From assembly GCA_003278925.1 (NCBI GenBank), contig QCCN01000007.1, forward strand, positions 19,742 to 83,741: DNA of 64,000 nt, in the 5' to 3' direction. Each line of letters starts with the position of its first letter. The first letter of the stretch is position 1. This document shows positions 32,580 to 42,474 of the stretch, piece after piece. The position numbers and the translations under genes are program-made. The stretch comes from Prochlorococcus sp. AG-347-L17. Lineage in GTDB: Bacteria > Cyanobacteriota > Cyanobacteriia > PCC-6307 > Cyanobiaceae. A model generated the notes under the pieces. That model did not search any database and was not told the origin of the DNA. It saw only the letters and a program-made list of their open reading frames with translations.

Positions 32580-34802
32580 TTATGTTAATTCTAAATCAAT
32601 TTGATATTTAAGAATATCGACTTTTATGATTTTTACTTCTATTGCATCTCCAACTTTGTATGATTTTTTAGATTTTCTGCCAAGCAATAGATTTTGCCTT
32701 GATCTATATTCATACCAATCATTATTGAGAGTGCTGACATGTACTAAACCCTCTACATTTAGTTCTGATATCTCAACAAAGAAACCATATGTTTGAACTG
32801 ATAATATAAACCCACTATAAATATTACCTAGTAATTTTTCTGCTTTTCTTACTTTTTTTATATTTATCATATTTGATTTATATTGGTTAACTTTATGCTT
32901 GTATTCATTAAGTTTATCTATTACAAACTTGTTAAATAATATTTCTAGATTCTTTGAAATTGATGAATTAAATATATCCCATTTTACTAGGTCTAATGAT
33001 TTACTTTCCGATATATTGATTGCATTAATATTACTTTTCTTTGATTTCTTACCATTTATTATCATATTAAAAATGCAGTACTGGTTAATAAGATTAGTGA
33101 AGTCAAAACCAGGAATTGTCCATGGAGAAATAAATAATTTTTCTGATTCCTCATTATCAGGATTTTTAGATATCAACCTTATTTCATTTTCCTTAAATTC
33201 ATTAATAAGAAGTTTATGTAAGATTCTTTTTTTATTATCATCGCCACATAATTTAATTACTTGACTAAATGTCAAATTGCCATTTTCATTAAGCTCTATA
33301 TCATTATCAATAAATTCTGAATATTTGATGATTTCATTTGCATTAACGTAATCTATTTCCTTTGAAATGTATCCTGCACTCTTTAAGCTATATTGGTTTG
33401 AATGTTTGAACCATATTAAATTAGCTTCATGTAGTATTGATGAAAGATAAGTTTGGCAATCTTCTTTATTTAATGATTCAAAATATCCTTTTGAATATTC
33501 AGCTGGATTGTGAATAAAAAATTCTTTTAGTGCTTCAATATTATTAAGTGGTGCAGGAATTTCAACCTTACCCTCCAAAAGATGTTTTTGTCTGAATGAA
33601 CATGAAATTTCAAGTATTTTATCTAAATCGTCGATATAATCCTTTAAAGGTTTTAATACCCGAGAGGTGATTCTTGATTTACTTTTTCTAGATAGAAGAG
33701 CCTCGGTATGATCACTTCCGACAATAAGAGAGCATTTTACTAAAGTAAGATGAAATGACCAATCAATTATTTCATTATCACTATTTAAATGCATGCAGAG
33801 GCTTATTGCTTCATTTTTTTCACCAAATTTAAATTCAGAATCATTTCTAATGGCTTCACTAAGGTAGTTTTGCCAATCATTTAATAAGGGCAATGATTCA
33901 AGGGCTTTAAATAATATTTCTAGAGATTTTTTACTATTTAGATCTACTCTTTCTGCAATGTTATTTGTATGTATCCATAATTTAGTATTTTTATTTTTCT
34001 CCTGCTCTATTTGAATCATTGGGAGCATTGGAGAATTATTAGAATTCCAACTTTTGAATAAATAAGAGTTTTTATCTGTAAGGTCTATCCTCTCCCTTTT
34101 TTCTATTTTTTTAGACTCAATATGATTTAAATTGTATGATTTAACGATATTACTTTTAGATAAAACAAAGTCTGTATCATACTCTTCATTATTATTTAGT
34201 TTTAGTTCTTTTATCACATGACCTAGTCCTTCTTCTTGACCTATGGGAAATCTATCAATCTCAACTTTTACTATATTCTTGTTGTCTGGTTTGAAAGTGT
34301 ATTTTTTATTCTCTTTTGGAAGTTTAATTTTAGAAAGGATCCTATCGTCTATTGGGATTGCATATACATCATTGTTTATTATTTCAACTTTAGAAAGAAG
34401 TATTTGATTTGATCTTTCAAGAATACAATCAACTATTCCTTCAGGTGATCTTCTTCTATAACCCTCTTTTATTATCCTTACTAATACTTTATCTCCATTC
34501 CAGGCATAGTTAAGTAGATTTTCTTTAATATAGATATCTTCTTTATCTTTTCCCCTTACAGCAAAGCAATACCCTTTGCTACTACATCTTATTTTGGCGA
34601 CAAGATGATCACTATCTTTTATGCAGGTATATTCTTCATCTTCATTTTTATTTATAATTTCAAGTGTTTCTAGAGCTTTTAAAGCAATATTTAATTTATC
34701 CTTATCAGATTTCTTTGTTATTTTTAATAATCTGCATAATTTTTTATATTCTAAACCTTCTGACTGATTAATATTATCAATTATTGAAGATGATGTGAAC
34801 AT
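32580..34802 (-). CDS. RNase R/II-like (RNB-fold, CSD + S1) protein with degenerate active site
   Basis: GYCFA...EDIYI...AWNGDKV cold-shock domain and C-terminal S1 (GFFVE...EGLVHVS); RNB motif I lacks the Asp cluster. Confidence 0.85.
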   Translation of the reverse strand: MFTSSSIIDNINQSEGLEYKKLCRLLKITKKSDKDKLNIALKALETLEIINKNEDEEYTCIKDSDHLVAKIRCSSKGYCFAVRGKDKEDIYIKENLLNYAWNGDKVLVRIIKEGYRRRSPEGIVDCILERSNQILLSKVEIINNDVYAIPIDDRILSKIKLPKENKKYTFKPDNKNIVKVEIDRFPIGQEEGLGHVIKELKLNNNEEYDTDFVLSKSNIVKSYNLNHIESKKIEKRERIDLTDKNSYLFKSWNSNNSPMLPMIQIEQEKNKNTKLWIHTNNIAERVDLNSKKSLEILFKALESLPLLNDWQNYLSEAIRNDSEFKFGEKNEAISLCMHLNSDNEIIDWSFHLTLVKCSLIVGSDHTEALLSRKSKSRITSRVLKPLKDYIDDLDKILEISCSFRQKHLLEGKVEIPAPLNNIEALKEFFIHNPAEYSKGYFESLNKEDCQTYLSSILHEANLIWFKHSNQYSLKSAGYISKEIDYVNANEIIKYSEFIDNDIELNENGNLTFSQVIKLCGDDNKKRILHKLLINEFKENEIRLISKNPDNEESEKLFISPWTIPGFDFTNLINQYCIFNMIINGKKSKKSNINAINISESKSLDLVKWDIFNSSISKNLEILFNKFVIDKLNEYKHKVNQYKSNMINIKKVRKAEKLLGNIYSGFILSVQTYGFFVEISELNVEGLVHVSTLNNDWYEYRSRQNLLLGRKSKKSYKVGDAIEVKIIKVDILKYQIDLELT

Positions 34803-34873
34803 GATCTAAATGAAATTATAAATTAATATTGGGGTATACCTTTATTATTACACCTAATTATCCAAGCTTAAAA

Positions 34874-35185
34874 CTAATTATTTTCTTTCTCTTCTTTTTC
34901 TTCTTTTTCGATAGTGAAAGAATTTATAAAAAGCCTTATACCTATGATAAAAAATGTAATGGAGGCTATTGACTTAAGAACAACTTCGGGTAAAAAACTG
35001 GAAATAGAACCGCCTGTTAAAGCTCCTAGTAAACTAGCAAAAACAAGTGCTGAAGAGGATCCTAGAAAAACTGCAAGTGGTTTATTTGAAGTGCCGCTTA
35101 TTGTTAAAGTAGCCAGTTGAGTTTTGTCACCTAATTCAGCTATGAAAACGGTTAGAAAAGTTGATAGTAATAAACTTAAAACCAT
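34874..35185 (-). CDS. half-size UPF0016 (TMEM165/GDT1) protein
   Basis: ELGDKTQ motif, 103 aa. Confidence 0.88.
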   Translation of the reverse strand: MVLSLLLSTFLTVFIAELGDKTQLATLTISGTSNKPLAVFLGSSSALVFASLLGALTGGSISSFLPEVVLKSIASITFFIIGIRLFINSFTIEKEEKEEKENN

Positions 35186-35512
35186 TTATAAATAATTTTT
35201 GAATGTTTCATAAGCTAAAAATATACTTATCAGTATCATTAAAGCACCAGTTGATAAAGCAAATTTGCTAGGAGATATTTTTTTTGATACCCATTTACCA
35301 ATAAGAACTCCTACTATGCTGGAGCTTATTAATGCAAGAGAACTTCCAAGAAAAACAATTATTGGCTTGCCCGATTCTGCAGAAAGCATCAATGTGGCTA
35401 TCTGAGTTTTATCACCAAGTTCAGCAATAAAGATTGTTGTAAAAGTCGTTATAAATATAGAAAAAAAACTTTTTTCTAAATTGTTTTCCTTTTTTTCTAA
35501 TTTACTATTCAT
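35186..35512 (-). CDS. half-size UPF0016 (TMEM165/GDT1) protein
   Basis: ELGDKTQ motif, 108 aa; abuts the second half-gene. Confidence 0.88.
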   Translation of the reverse strand: MNSKLEKKENNLEKSFFSIFITTFTTIFIAELGDKTQIATLMLSAESGKPIIVFLGSSLALISSSIVGVLIGKWVSKKISPSKFALSTGALMILISIFLAYETFKNYL

Positions 35513-35856
35513 TTTCCTGAAACAGCCATTTTAAAAGTTTTCATCTCTTTACTTTGATATCCATAATTTGATGAAATATGTTGTTTGCAGCAATCTATTA
35601 GAAATTTGTCACCAGATTTCAAATATCCTTTAAATGTAGTAGAAAATTCATTTACCCGGCAAAAATGTGGTCTGGTTTCATAAATTAAGCATTTTTTATT
35701 TTCTCTGTCTAGGTTCTTACACCAACCGTCTCTAGCAGTCATAGAATTTATCAACGCTATGTCTTCTTTGTTAAGTTTGTCAGCCAAATCGCTTCTTTCG
35801 TTCAAGTCGAATTTACAACAAGCTCCACAATTTTCTATACATGTCCATGATTTCAT
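35509..35856 (-). CDS. YkgJ-like cysteine-cluster protein
   Basis: CxxxCGACC, GWC, CLIYETRPxxC. Confidence 0.85.
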   Translation of the reverse strand: MKSWTCIENCGACCKFDLNERSDLADKLNKEDIALINSMTARDGWCKNLDRENKKCLIYETRPHFCRVNEFSTTFKGYLKSGDKFLIDCCKQHISSNYGYQSKEMKTFKMAVSGK

Positions 35857-35938
35857 AATTTAATTCAATCTTGTAACGTATCAGTACAGTTTCGTCATTT
35901 ATTTGTAAAAATAGTATCACAAAACATATTCATTAATC

Positions 35939-36016
35939 ATGGCAACACTTATTCCTTTGGCTGTAGTTGCGTTAGCAGGCCCAGCAATAATTGCTCTTGT
36001 ATTTTACCGTAAATAA
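35939..36016 (+). CDS. psb30: photosystem II protein Psb30/Ycf12, minimal 25-aa form
   Basis: MATLIPLAVVALAGPAIIALVFYRK*; matches the Ycf12 helix pattern (…GPxxIxL…R); not in the ORF track. Confidence 0.72.
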   Translation: MATLIPLAVVALAGPAIIALVFYRK

Positions 36017-36028
36017 AAGAAATTCTTT

Positions 36029-36793
36029 TTGGTGACGTATCTTGAGGGTGTTTATTGGGATTTAGATGGTACCATCGCAAATACTGAATTAGAGGCCCAT
36101 TTACCTGCTTTTAATAATGCTTTCAATGACCTTGGTATTAATTGGAATTGGGACACTAACAAATATATAGAACTTCTGAAGATAAATGGTGGGAAAAATA
36201 GAATTGCTTATTACGCAAAATCTAATGATGATCATTTCTCAGAAGATTTAATTCTCAAAATTCATGAAACAAAGCAGTTTCATTATTTAGAAATTATAAA
36301 AAAAAATTGCGTTAGATTAAAAACTGGTGTTTTTAGATTAATTAATGAATTACATAAAAAAAAAGTAAGACAATTTATTGTTACTTCAAGTTCAAGAATT
36401 CAAGTCAATCTACTTGTTGAATATCTTTTTAGTGGTTTCAACCCTTTTGAGTTCATTATTTCAAGTGAAGACGTTGAATTAAAGAAACCAAACCCATTAC
36501 CATATTTAAAGGCAATCCAATTAAGTGGTATAAACAAAAACAACTCAATTGTTTTTGAAGACTCTAATCCGGGATTGCAATCTTCTTTGGCAGCCAACTT
36601 GCCTACAATTTTTGTCCCTTCAAATATCCCAATTGTTCTTGAGGAAAATTTTAAATTAGATTGTATTTTAGACAGTCTTGGTGATGAGAATAATGTGGCA
36701 AATGTAATTAAAGGACCTAAACTAAAAAAATCATATATTGACTATAACTTTCTAAGTGATTATTTAGTGTCTTTTAGTAATGCAAAAAACTAA
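36029..36793 (+). CDS. HAD-IA hydrolase, CbbY-like
   Basis: WDLDGTIANTE, H..AFN, KKP.P..Y, FEDS. Confidence 0.88.
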   Translation: MVTYLEGVYWDLDGTIANTELEAHLPAFNNAFNDLGINWNWDTNKYIELLKINGGKNRIAYYAKSNDDHFSEDLILKIHETKQFHYLEIIKKNCVRLKTGVFRLINELHKKKVRQFIVTSSSRIQVNLLVEYLFSGFNPFEFIISSEDVELKKPNPLPYLKAIQLSGINKNNSIVFEDSNPGLQSSLAANLPTIFVPSNIPIVLEENFKLDCILDSLGDENNVANVIKGPKLKKSYIDYNFLSDYLVSFSNAKN

Positions 36794-37106
36794 TTTTTCA
36801 AGAATTACCTTCCAGTTAAATAACTTATTTTTTGGTTTTCTAAGTGATACTTGGAGAACAAAATCTATTGGCCTAATTTCTGTTTTGACAGGTTATTTTT
36901 TGTTCGCAAACTTTATTACAAAATTTATATCTGAAGGTAAAAATGAGTTGATAATGGTCCCCATAATTATTGTTTTTATTGAAATCATCATAAGAATTAA
37001 ACCTGCCACAAGTTCAAAGTTTTATTATCTATGGACCGTAGTTGATAAATTAAGAATTGGTGCAATTTATGCTGTTATACTTGAAGCATTTAAATTAGGG
37101 TCTTAA
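36780..37106 (+). CDS. DUF565 / Ycf20-like membrane protein
   Basis: RIGAIYAVILEAFKLGS C-terminus. Confidence 0.8.
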   Translation: MQKTNFSRITFQLNNLFFGFLSDTWRTKSIGLISVLTGYFLFANFITKFISEGKNELIMVPIIIVFIEIIIRIKPATSSKFYYLWTVVDKLRIGAIYAVILEAFKLGS

Positions 37107-37109
37107 AAG

Positions 37110-37280
37110 CTATTCTTCTTCTTCTTCTTCAATAGGATAAACAAATCCTTGAGCTTTCCCAGTTAAAACTGATTTACCTAAAGATATAGCTTTTTGAGCT
37201 GCTATTGCTGCTTTCCCTTTCCAAACAGCGTGTCTTTGGTTCCTTTTGCTCTTTGATTTTTTCTTCTTTGGTACAGCCAT
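37110..37280 (-). CDS. rpmF: 50S ribosomal protein L32
   Basis: [56 protein letters not shown]; not in the track (56 aa). Confidence 0.95.
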   Translation of the reverse strand: MAVPKKKKSKSKRNQRHAVWKGKAAIAAQKAISLGKSVLTGKAQGFVYPIEEEEEE

Positions 37281-37411
37281 TCCGTTTCTTTATTTCCATA
37301 TAATAATATAACCTTTAACTGGTTATCTCCAAAACTTTTGAGTATATTTTGTTTATATACGTCAATTTTTTAAATAAGTATATATGCTTTATTAATCACT
37401 TATAAAGAATA

Positions 37412-39166
37412 GTGTTTAGATCAAAATTCTCATATTCAGATTCTAAATCAAGTTATTCGGATCTTCTAGAAGATATAGAGACGGGAAAAATAGAATCAAT
37501 ATTTTTCTATCCTAGGCAGAGAGAAATTGATGTTCTGTATAAAAATGGCGATAAATTTAAAATACCTATCCTTTACAACGATCAATTAATCCTTGAGAAG
37601 GCTACCGAAAATAAGGTGGATTTAACTATTAACAATAGTAGAAAAGAAGCTTCAGCTGCTAACTCATTTGCTTCAATAAGTCTTTTCCTGATTTTCATAT
37701 TAGCTATAGCCTTAATCTTGAGGAGTACATCAAAATTGGCTTCCAGAGCTTTTGGTTTTACCAAAAATCAAGCAAAATTTGTAACTATTGATGATGTAGA
37801 AACTAGATTCGATGATGTAGCTGGCGTCCCTGAAGCTGCAGAGGAATTAAAAGAGGTAATAACATTTTTGAAAGAACCGAAGAAGTTTGAAAATCTTGGA
37901 GCAAAAGTTCCTAAGGGAGTTCTTCTAATAGGCCCACCAGGAACAGGTAAAACATTATTAGCTAAAGCAATTGCTGGTGAATCAGGAGTGCCTTTTCTAT
38001 CAATATCGGCATCAGAGTTTGTAGAACTTTTTGTTGGTGTTGGAGCAAGCCGAGTTCGTGATCTATTCTCTAAGGCTAAGGAAAAATCTCCTTGTATAAT
38101 TTTTATTGATGAAATTGATTCCATTGGTAGGCAAAGAGGGTCTGGGATCGGTGGTGGAAATGATGAAAGAGAACAAACCCTTAATCAGCTTCTAACTGAA
38201 TTAGATGGTTTTGCTGATAATTCCGGGATTATTGTTTTAGCAGCAACAAATAGACCAGATATTTTGGATGCAGCATTATTAAGACCAGGTAGATTTGATA
38301 GAAAAATTGAAGTAATGCTTCCAGATTTAGATGGAAGAAAAAAAATTCTTTCAGTCCACTCACTTTCCAAACCACTTTCAAGCGAAGTTGACTTAGGATA
38401 TTGGGCTTCAAGAACAGTTGGATTTTCGGGAGCAGATCTTGCAAATTTGATGAATGAGAGTGCTATTCACTGTGCAAGAGATGAATCTAAATTAATCAGT
38501 GATCTTCATATAGAAAATGCTCTCGATAAAATTACCATAGGCCTGAGAAGTTCATTAATAACCTCTTCAAATATGAAAAAAATTATTGCTTATAACGAAG
38601 TAGGCAGAGCGATTGTATCTGCTGTGAGAAATGGAATTGAATCAGTTGATAAAATTACGATTTTACCTAGATCTGGATCTATAGGAGGATATACAAAAAT
38701 ATGCCCTGATGAAGATGTAGTTTCTAGTGGCTTGATTTCAAAAAAATTATTATTTTCAAAAATTGAAATTGCTCTAGCTGGAAGAGCAGCAGAAACGATA
38801 GTTTTTGGTGAAAGTGAAATTACACAATGCTCTCTAAACGATATCTCTTATGCGACGAATATCGTAAGGGAAATGGTTACAAAATATGGATTTTCAATTA
38901 TAGGTCCAATTTCAATGGATTCTGATAATAATGAAATGATTTTAGGAGATGGATTATTTAGAAGAAAGCCTCTCATAGCAGAAAATACTAGTTCTAGAAT
39001 AGATAATGAAATTATAAATATTTCTAAAATTTCATTAAATAATTCAATAAAAATATTGAAAAAAAATAGAGCCTTACTTGATAAATTAGTTGAAATACTT
39101 TTAAATCAAGAAACTATAAATAAAAAAGTTTTTAAATTAACAACTTCTAAATTGTTGAAAGTTTGA
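37412..39166 (+). CDS. ftsH: FtsH-family AAA+ protein with degenerate protease site
   Basis: Walker [12 protein letters not shown] pore loop, Walker B IIFIDE, SRH intact; HExxH reads NEVGR. Confidence 0.92.
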   Translation: MFRSKFSYSDSKSSYSDLLEDIETGKIESIFFYPRQREIDVLYKNGDKFKIPILYNDQLILEKATENKVDLTINNSRKEASAANSFASISLFLIFILAIALILRSTSKLASRAFGFTKNQAKFVTIDDVETRFDDVAGVPEAAEELKEVITFLKEPKKFENLGAKVPKGVLLIGPPGTGKTLLAKAIAGESGVPFLSISASEFVELFVGVGASRVRDLFSKAKEKSPCIIFIDEIDSIGRQRGSGIGGGNDEREQTLNQLLTELDGFADNSGIIVLAATNRPDILDAALLRPGRFDRKIEVMLPDLDGRKKILSVHSLSKPLSSEVDLGYWASRTVGFSGADLANLMNESAIHCARDESKLISDLHIENALDKITIGLRSSLITSSNMKKIIAYNEVGRAIVSAVRNGIESVDKITILPRSGSIGGYTKICPDEDVVSSGLISKKLLFSKIEIALAGRAAETIVFGESEITQCSLNDISYATNIVREMVTKYGFSIIGPISMDSDNNEMILGDGLFRRKPLIAENTSSRIDNEIINISKISLNNSIKILKKNRALLDKLVEILLNQETINKKVFKLTTSKLLKV

Positions 39167-39204
39167 TTTAATTGTTTTAAATTAAAAAAAATTTTTATAT
39201 ATTC

Positions 39205-39957
39205 TTGATAAATAAAAACAATACAAACAAGTTAATAATTACATTTTTAATCTTACTTATTCTTCCATTTGTACAAAAGCAATGGTTTAATTTGTATGCA
39301 TTTAATATTAATGATATTTCCTTTTATTCAATCCTTTACTATTTAAGCGGTGCAATATGTCCATCTTTGGTGTGTTTAAACTCTTTAAATAACTATACAT
39401 ACTATAATTTTAATAAGGATAAAATTCATATTAAAAATATAATTAATGGAAAAAGATTATTATTCTTGGTAGCAATAAATTTAATATTTCTCTCTTACTT
39501 TATATCTGATTATATATATATAAATTTTGATCTTATAATTAATTTATTTCTTGAAGGATTTAATGTACCAAAACTGGATATTCTACAGTTAAGTTTTTTG
39601 ATGTTTTTAATTTCTATTTTATTAATTTTTAAGAAATCTAGGTTTTTATTAAAAAAATTAATATTGGTAAATTTTATTTTGATTTCTCTTTATCTTTGGC
39701 ATCTTCAAATTAACAATATTATTGTTGATGATCAGTTTCATATATATAGATATTTTGGTTTAAATGACTTAAATTTAATTAATCTTTTTATCCTAGTCGC
39801 CATAGAAATTTCTTTTTTTACATGGTCTTTTTTATCATATAAAACTAATTTAAGCGATTGGATAGTGCCCAAGCCTCAAAAAGGGGACATTATCCCCATT
39901 TTGAATATGTTAATTTTTTATTTTTTTATAATTATTTACTATTCAATACTTACTTAA
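39205..39957 (+). CDS. hypothetical polytopic membrane protein
   Basis: 250 aa with multiple TM segments; fills the gap between ftsH and prx. Confidence 0.7.
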   Translation: MINKNNTNKLIITFLILLILPFVQKQWFNLYAFNINDISFYSILYYLSGAICPSLVCLNSLNNYTYYNFNKDKIHIKNIINGKRLLFLVAINLIFLSYFISDYIYINFDLIINLFLEGFNVPKLDILQLSFLMFLISILLIFKKSRFLLKKLILVNFILISLYLWHLQINNIIVDDQFHIYRYFGLNDLNLINLFILVAIEISFFTWSFLSYKTNLSDWIVPKPQKGDIIPILNMLIFYFFIIIYYSILT

Positions 39958-39972
39958 ATGTTTCTAATCCTT

Positions 39973-40557
39973 CTATAGGGCAGAAAAATATTCCTTGCTA
40001 CCTTTAGGATCCTCTAACATTGTTTTCTCCCCGGGAGTCCAGTTTGCTGGACATACTTCATCTGGGTTTGCCGCCACGTATTGATAACCTTGAAGAATCC
40101 TTAGTGTTTCATCAACATTTCTGCCTACAGGAGCCTTGTTAACAGTGGTATGCATAACTACTCCCTCGGGATTGATAAGAAATAAACCTCTATCGGCCTC
40201 TCCATCATCATTAAGAACATTGTAAGCCTGGCAAATTTCCCTTTTTAAGTCAGATACTAGTGGGTAGTTAATATCACCTATTCCTCCTTCATTTCTTGGG
40301 GTTTGTATCCAAGCTAAATGGCAGTGTTTGCTATCAACTGATACCCCAAGTATTTCCGTATTAAGTGCTGAGAAGTCTTGGTATCTATCACTAAATGCAG
40401 TGATTTCAGTTGGACATACAAATGTAAAATCTAGTGGGTAAAAGAATAAAACAACCCATTTACCTCTTAGACCTGAAAGTGTAATCTCCTTAAACTCTTG
40501 ATCATATACTGCTGTAGCACTAAAGTCTGGTGCTTCTTGGCCAACTCTTAAGCTCAT
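39973..40557 (-). CDS. 2-Cys peroxiredoxin (AhpC/TSA)
   Basis: [13 protein letters not shown], second VCP, GGIG and C-terminal YF motifs. Confidence 0.97.
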   Translation of the reverse strand: MSLRVGQEAPDFSATAVYDQEFKEITLSGLRGKWVVLFFYPLDFTFVCPTEITAFSDRYQDFSALNTEILGVSVDSKHCHLAWIQTPRNEGGIGDINYPLVSDLKREICQAYNVLNDDGEADRGLFLINPEGVVMHTTVNKAPVGRNVDETLRILQGYQYVAANPDEVCPANWTPGEKTMLEDPKGSKEYFSAL

Positions 40558-40852
40558 GAAAAAATTTTTCCTTATTTAAAATATGTATGGTCTTAATGAC
40601 CGTAATAAGTATTATAATTTTATTGATAATGAATTAGCAAGTTTTTTTTTAATTCAATGAATTGGCATTATTCCTTTACTAGAAAATTTACAATTTTGAA
40701 TCATAATAAACTTTTAAAAAATCTCAAAAAAGAGTTAATTAAATATCCCATTAATAGACTTGACAATAAAAATTCTAATTAAAAGAAATTTTATTTTATT
40801 TAAGATTCCTTTAAATTCAACTCCCTATAATTAGGAATATTATTTTTTAATT

Positions 40853-41011
40853 ATGGCTAAATATATTGAAAGACTAAAGGATAAAGTTAAAATAAAAAAA
40901 TTTGATTCTAATCAACCAATTGGGGCTTGGATTTTTGTTATAGTACTGAATATAGTTGGGTTTGCGGGTTATTTTTACTTAAAGCTAAATCATATACAAC
41001 TAGGGAGTTAA
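40853..41011 (+). CDS. 52-aa single-TM protein
   Basis: MAKYIERLKDKVKIKKFDSNQPIGAWIFVIVLNIVGFAGYFYLKLNHIQLGS*. Confidence 0.6.
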   Translation: MAKYIERLKDKVKIKKFDSNQPIGAWIFVIVLNIVGFAGYFYLKLNHIQLGS

Positions 41012-41014
41012 AAC

Positions 41015-41239
41015 TTATTTTATTTCCTTTTTAATTGAGCGACAAAAATTTTTTAGCCTTTCATTACTCGTTAAGTCAGGTAAAGTCCAAATTGATTCTA
41101 TTTCAGGCAATGGATCTTCGCTCCATCCTTTGAATTCTTCAACTATAGAAGCTTTGTTTAATTTTGATATATACTTCTTGCGTTTTTTTAAATATTTTCT
41201 TATCACTATAAGATTTTCCTCAATATATTCTCTCATCAC
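41015..41239 (-). CDS. 74-aa hypothetical protein
   Basis: ORF track; ATG start; convergent with 40853..41011. Confidence 0.6.
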   Translation of the reverse strand: MMREYIEENLIVIRKYLKKRKKYISKLNKASIVEEFKGWSEDPLPEIESIWTLPDLTSNERLKNFCRSIKKEIK

Positions 41240-41299
41240 GAATATTTAGATTTATATTAATTTATCATCTAGCGAGTTATGCTTTAAAGAAAAGAACAA

Positions 41300-41470
41300 T
41301 TAGACATTTTGTACTGCTTGAAAAAGTCCAAACGAATAACCCCCTATTAGAATCCAGCCAAGTACACTTGATATTATTGTAGATCTTCTATTGTGTCTCC
41401 TTATAGCTGATTCAATCATTTCATTAACTTCATCTCTATTAAGATATTCTTTCTTTGGGTTTTTTTTCAT
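41300..41470 (-). CDS. 56-aa TM micro-protein (AIRRHN family pattern)
   Basis: MKKNPKKEYLNRDEVNEMIESAIRRHNRRSTIISSVLGWILIGGYSFGLFQAVQNV*. Confidence 0.7.
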   Translation of the reverse strand: MKKNPKKEYLNRDEVNEMIESAIRRHNRRSTIISSVLGWILIGGYSFGLFQAVQNV

Positions 41471-41669
41471 TTTTTTTTTCTTTTTACAATAAACGAATTT
41501 ATAAGAAAGTGAGTTTAAGATTTTTATTTATAAGTAAGAGTTTTATTTTTGATGATTTTATAAATATTTTTTATATTTATCATTAAATATATTATGAAAT
41601 TTTAAGAGTATTTTTTAAAATTATAAGTTAAAGTATTCACATTTAAAGTACATAGTTTTTACACAAATA

Positions 41670-41846
41670 ATGAATATTAATGATAAATCTGTTTTAGAAA
41701 AGCTTAATAAACTTATTGCTATTAATAGACTAAATAAAACTCAAATTCTTCAAATGGTGAATTTAGTTTTAATATCAAATAATATCAATGACTTAAAGGA
41801 TAACTTGAAATGGGAAAGTTATAAATCATATAATCAAAATATTTAA
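41670..41846 (+). CDS. 58-aa hypothetical protein
   Basis: MNINDKSVLEKLNKLIAINRLNKTQILQMVNLVLISNNINDLKDNLKWESYKSYNQNI*. Confidence 0.6.
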   Translation: MNINDKSVLEKLNKLIAINRLNKTQILQMVNLVLISNNINDLKDNLKWESYKSYNQNI

Positions 41847-41954
41847 ATATATATACTCATTATTTGATAATTATGAATTCTTAAAATTCACATAAGAGAT
41901 AAATAATAGTGCATTGAATAAATTAAATGTTTTAAAATAATTTATATAAGTTAT

Positions 41955-42128
41955 TCAAATAAATTTTTGATAATAATTCTTTTTATAAGAAACTTGCTCA
42001 TGATTACTATAATTAAGTGTTGTTTTCTTATCCTTGCTTAATGATTTAATTAATATTGTAGAGGTGATTATTATAATTATTATGATTAGTAAATCTCCAA
42101 CAGTAATCCCTCTCTCCTTAAGATTCAT
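41955..42128 (-). CDS. 57-aa protein with prepilin-like N-terminus
   Basis: MNLKERG/ITVGDLLIIIIIIITSTILIKSLSKDKKTTLNYSNHEQVSYKKNYYQKFI*. Confidence 0.65.
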   Translation of the reverse strand: MNLKERGITVGDLLIIIIIIITSTILIKSLSKDKKTTLNYSNHEQVSYKKNYYQKFI

Positions 42129-42294
42129 AATAAAAAATATATTTTGTTTAAATATAGCCTTTTTTTATTTGATAAAATAATATATTTAACAAACGTGCTA
42201 AAAATATATATATTAAGTAAATATAAAAATAATATAAAATTTTTAAGAGTAATATCTTTTGAATCATATAAAAATATATAGATAAATTAAATAT

Positions 42295-42474
42295 ATGGAA
42301 GTCAAAAAAAAAATTAGTAGTTCTAACACTCCTGGTTTTTTCTCTAAAGAGATGATTATCACAAAAAAATCACTTAACGAAAATCAACTCAAATTTACTT
42401 ATCAAAAACAGTTAATTTCAGATCTAGATTATAAGCACAAGGAATGGTCAAAATCGATTGACAGTAAATTTTAA
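42295..42474 (+). CDS. 59-aa hypothetical protein
   Basis: MEVKKKISSSNTPGFFSKEMIITKKSLNENQLKFTYQKQLISDLDYKHKEWSKSIDSKF*; stop overlaps the stop of the convergent ORF (TTAA). Confidence 0.5.
   Translation: MEVKKKISSSNTPGFFSKEMIITKKSLNENQLKFTYQKQLISDLDYKHKEWSKSIDSKF

Noticed and set aside
35872-35888. TGTA-N9-TACA upstream of psb30 as an NtcA site
   Set aside because: Spacer is 9 nt, not 8.
40657-40782. 41-aa ORF MNWHYSFTRKF... (and the 42-aa ORF at 44232-44360)
   Set aside because: No recognisable motif or TM helix; could be chance ORFs in AT-rich DNA.
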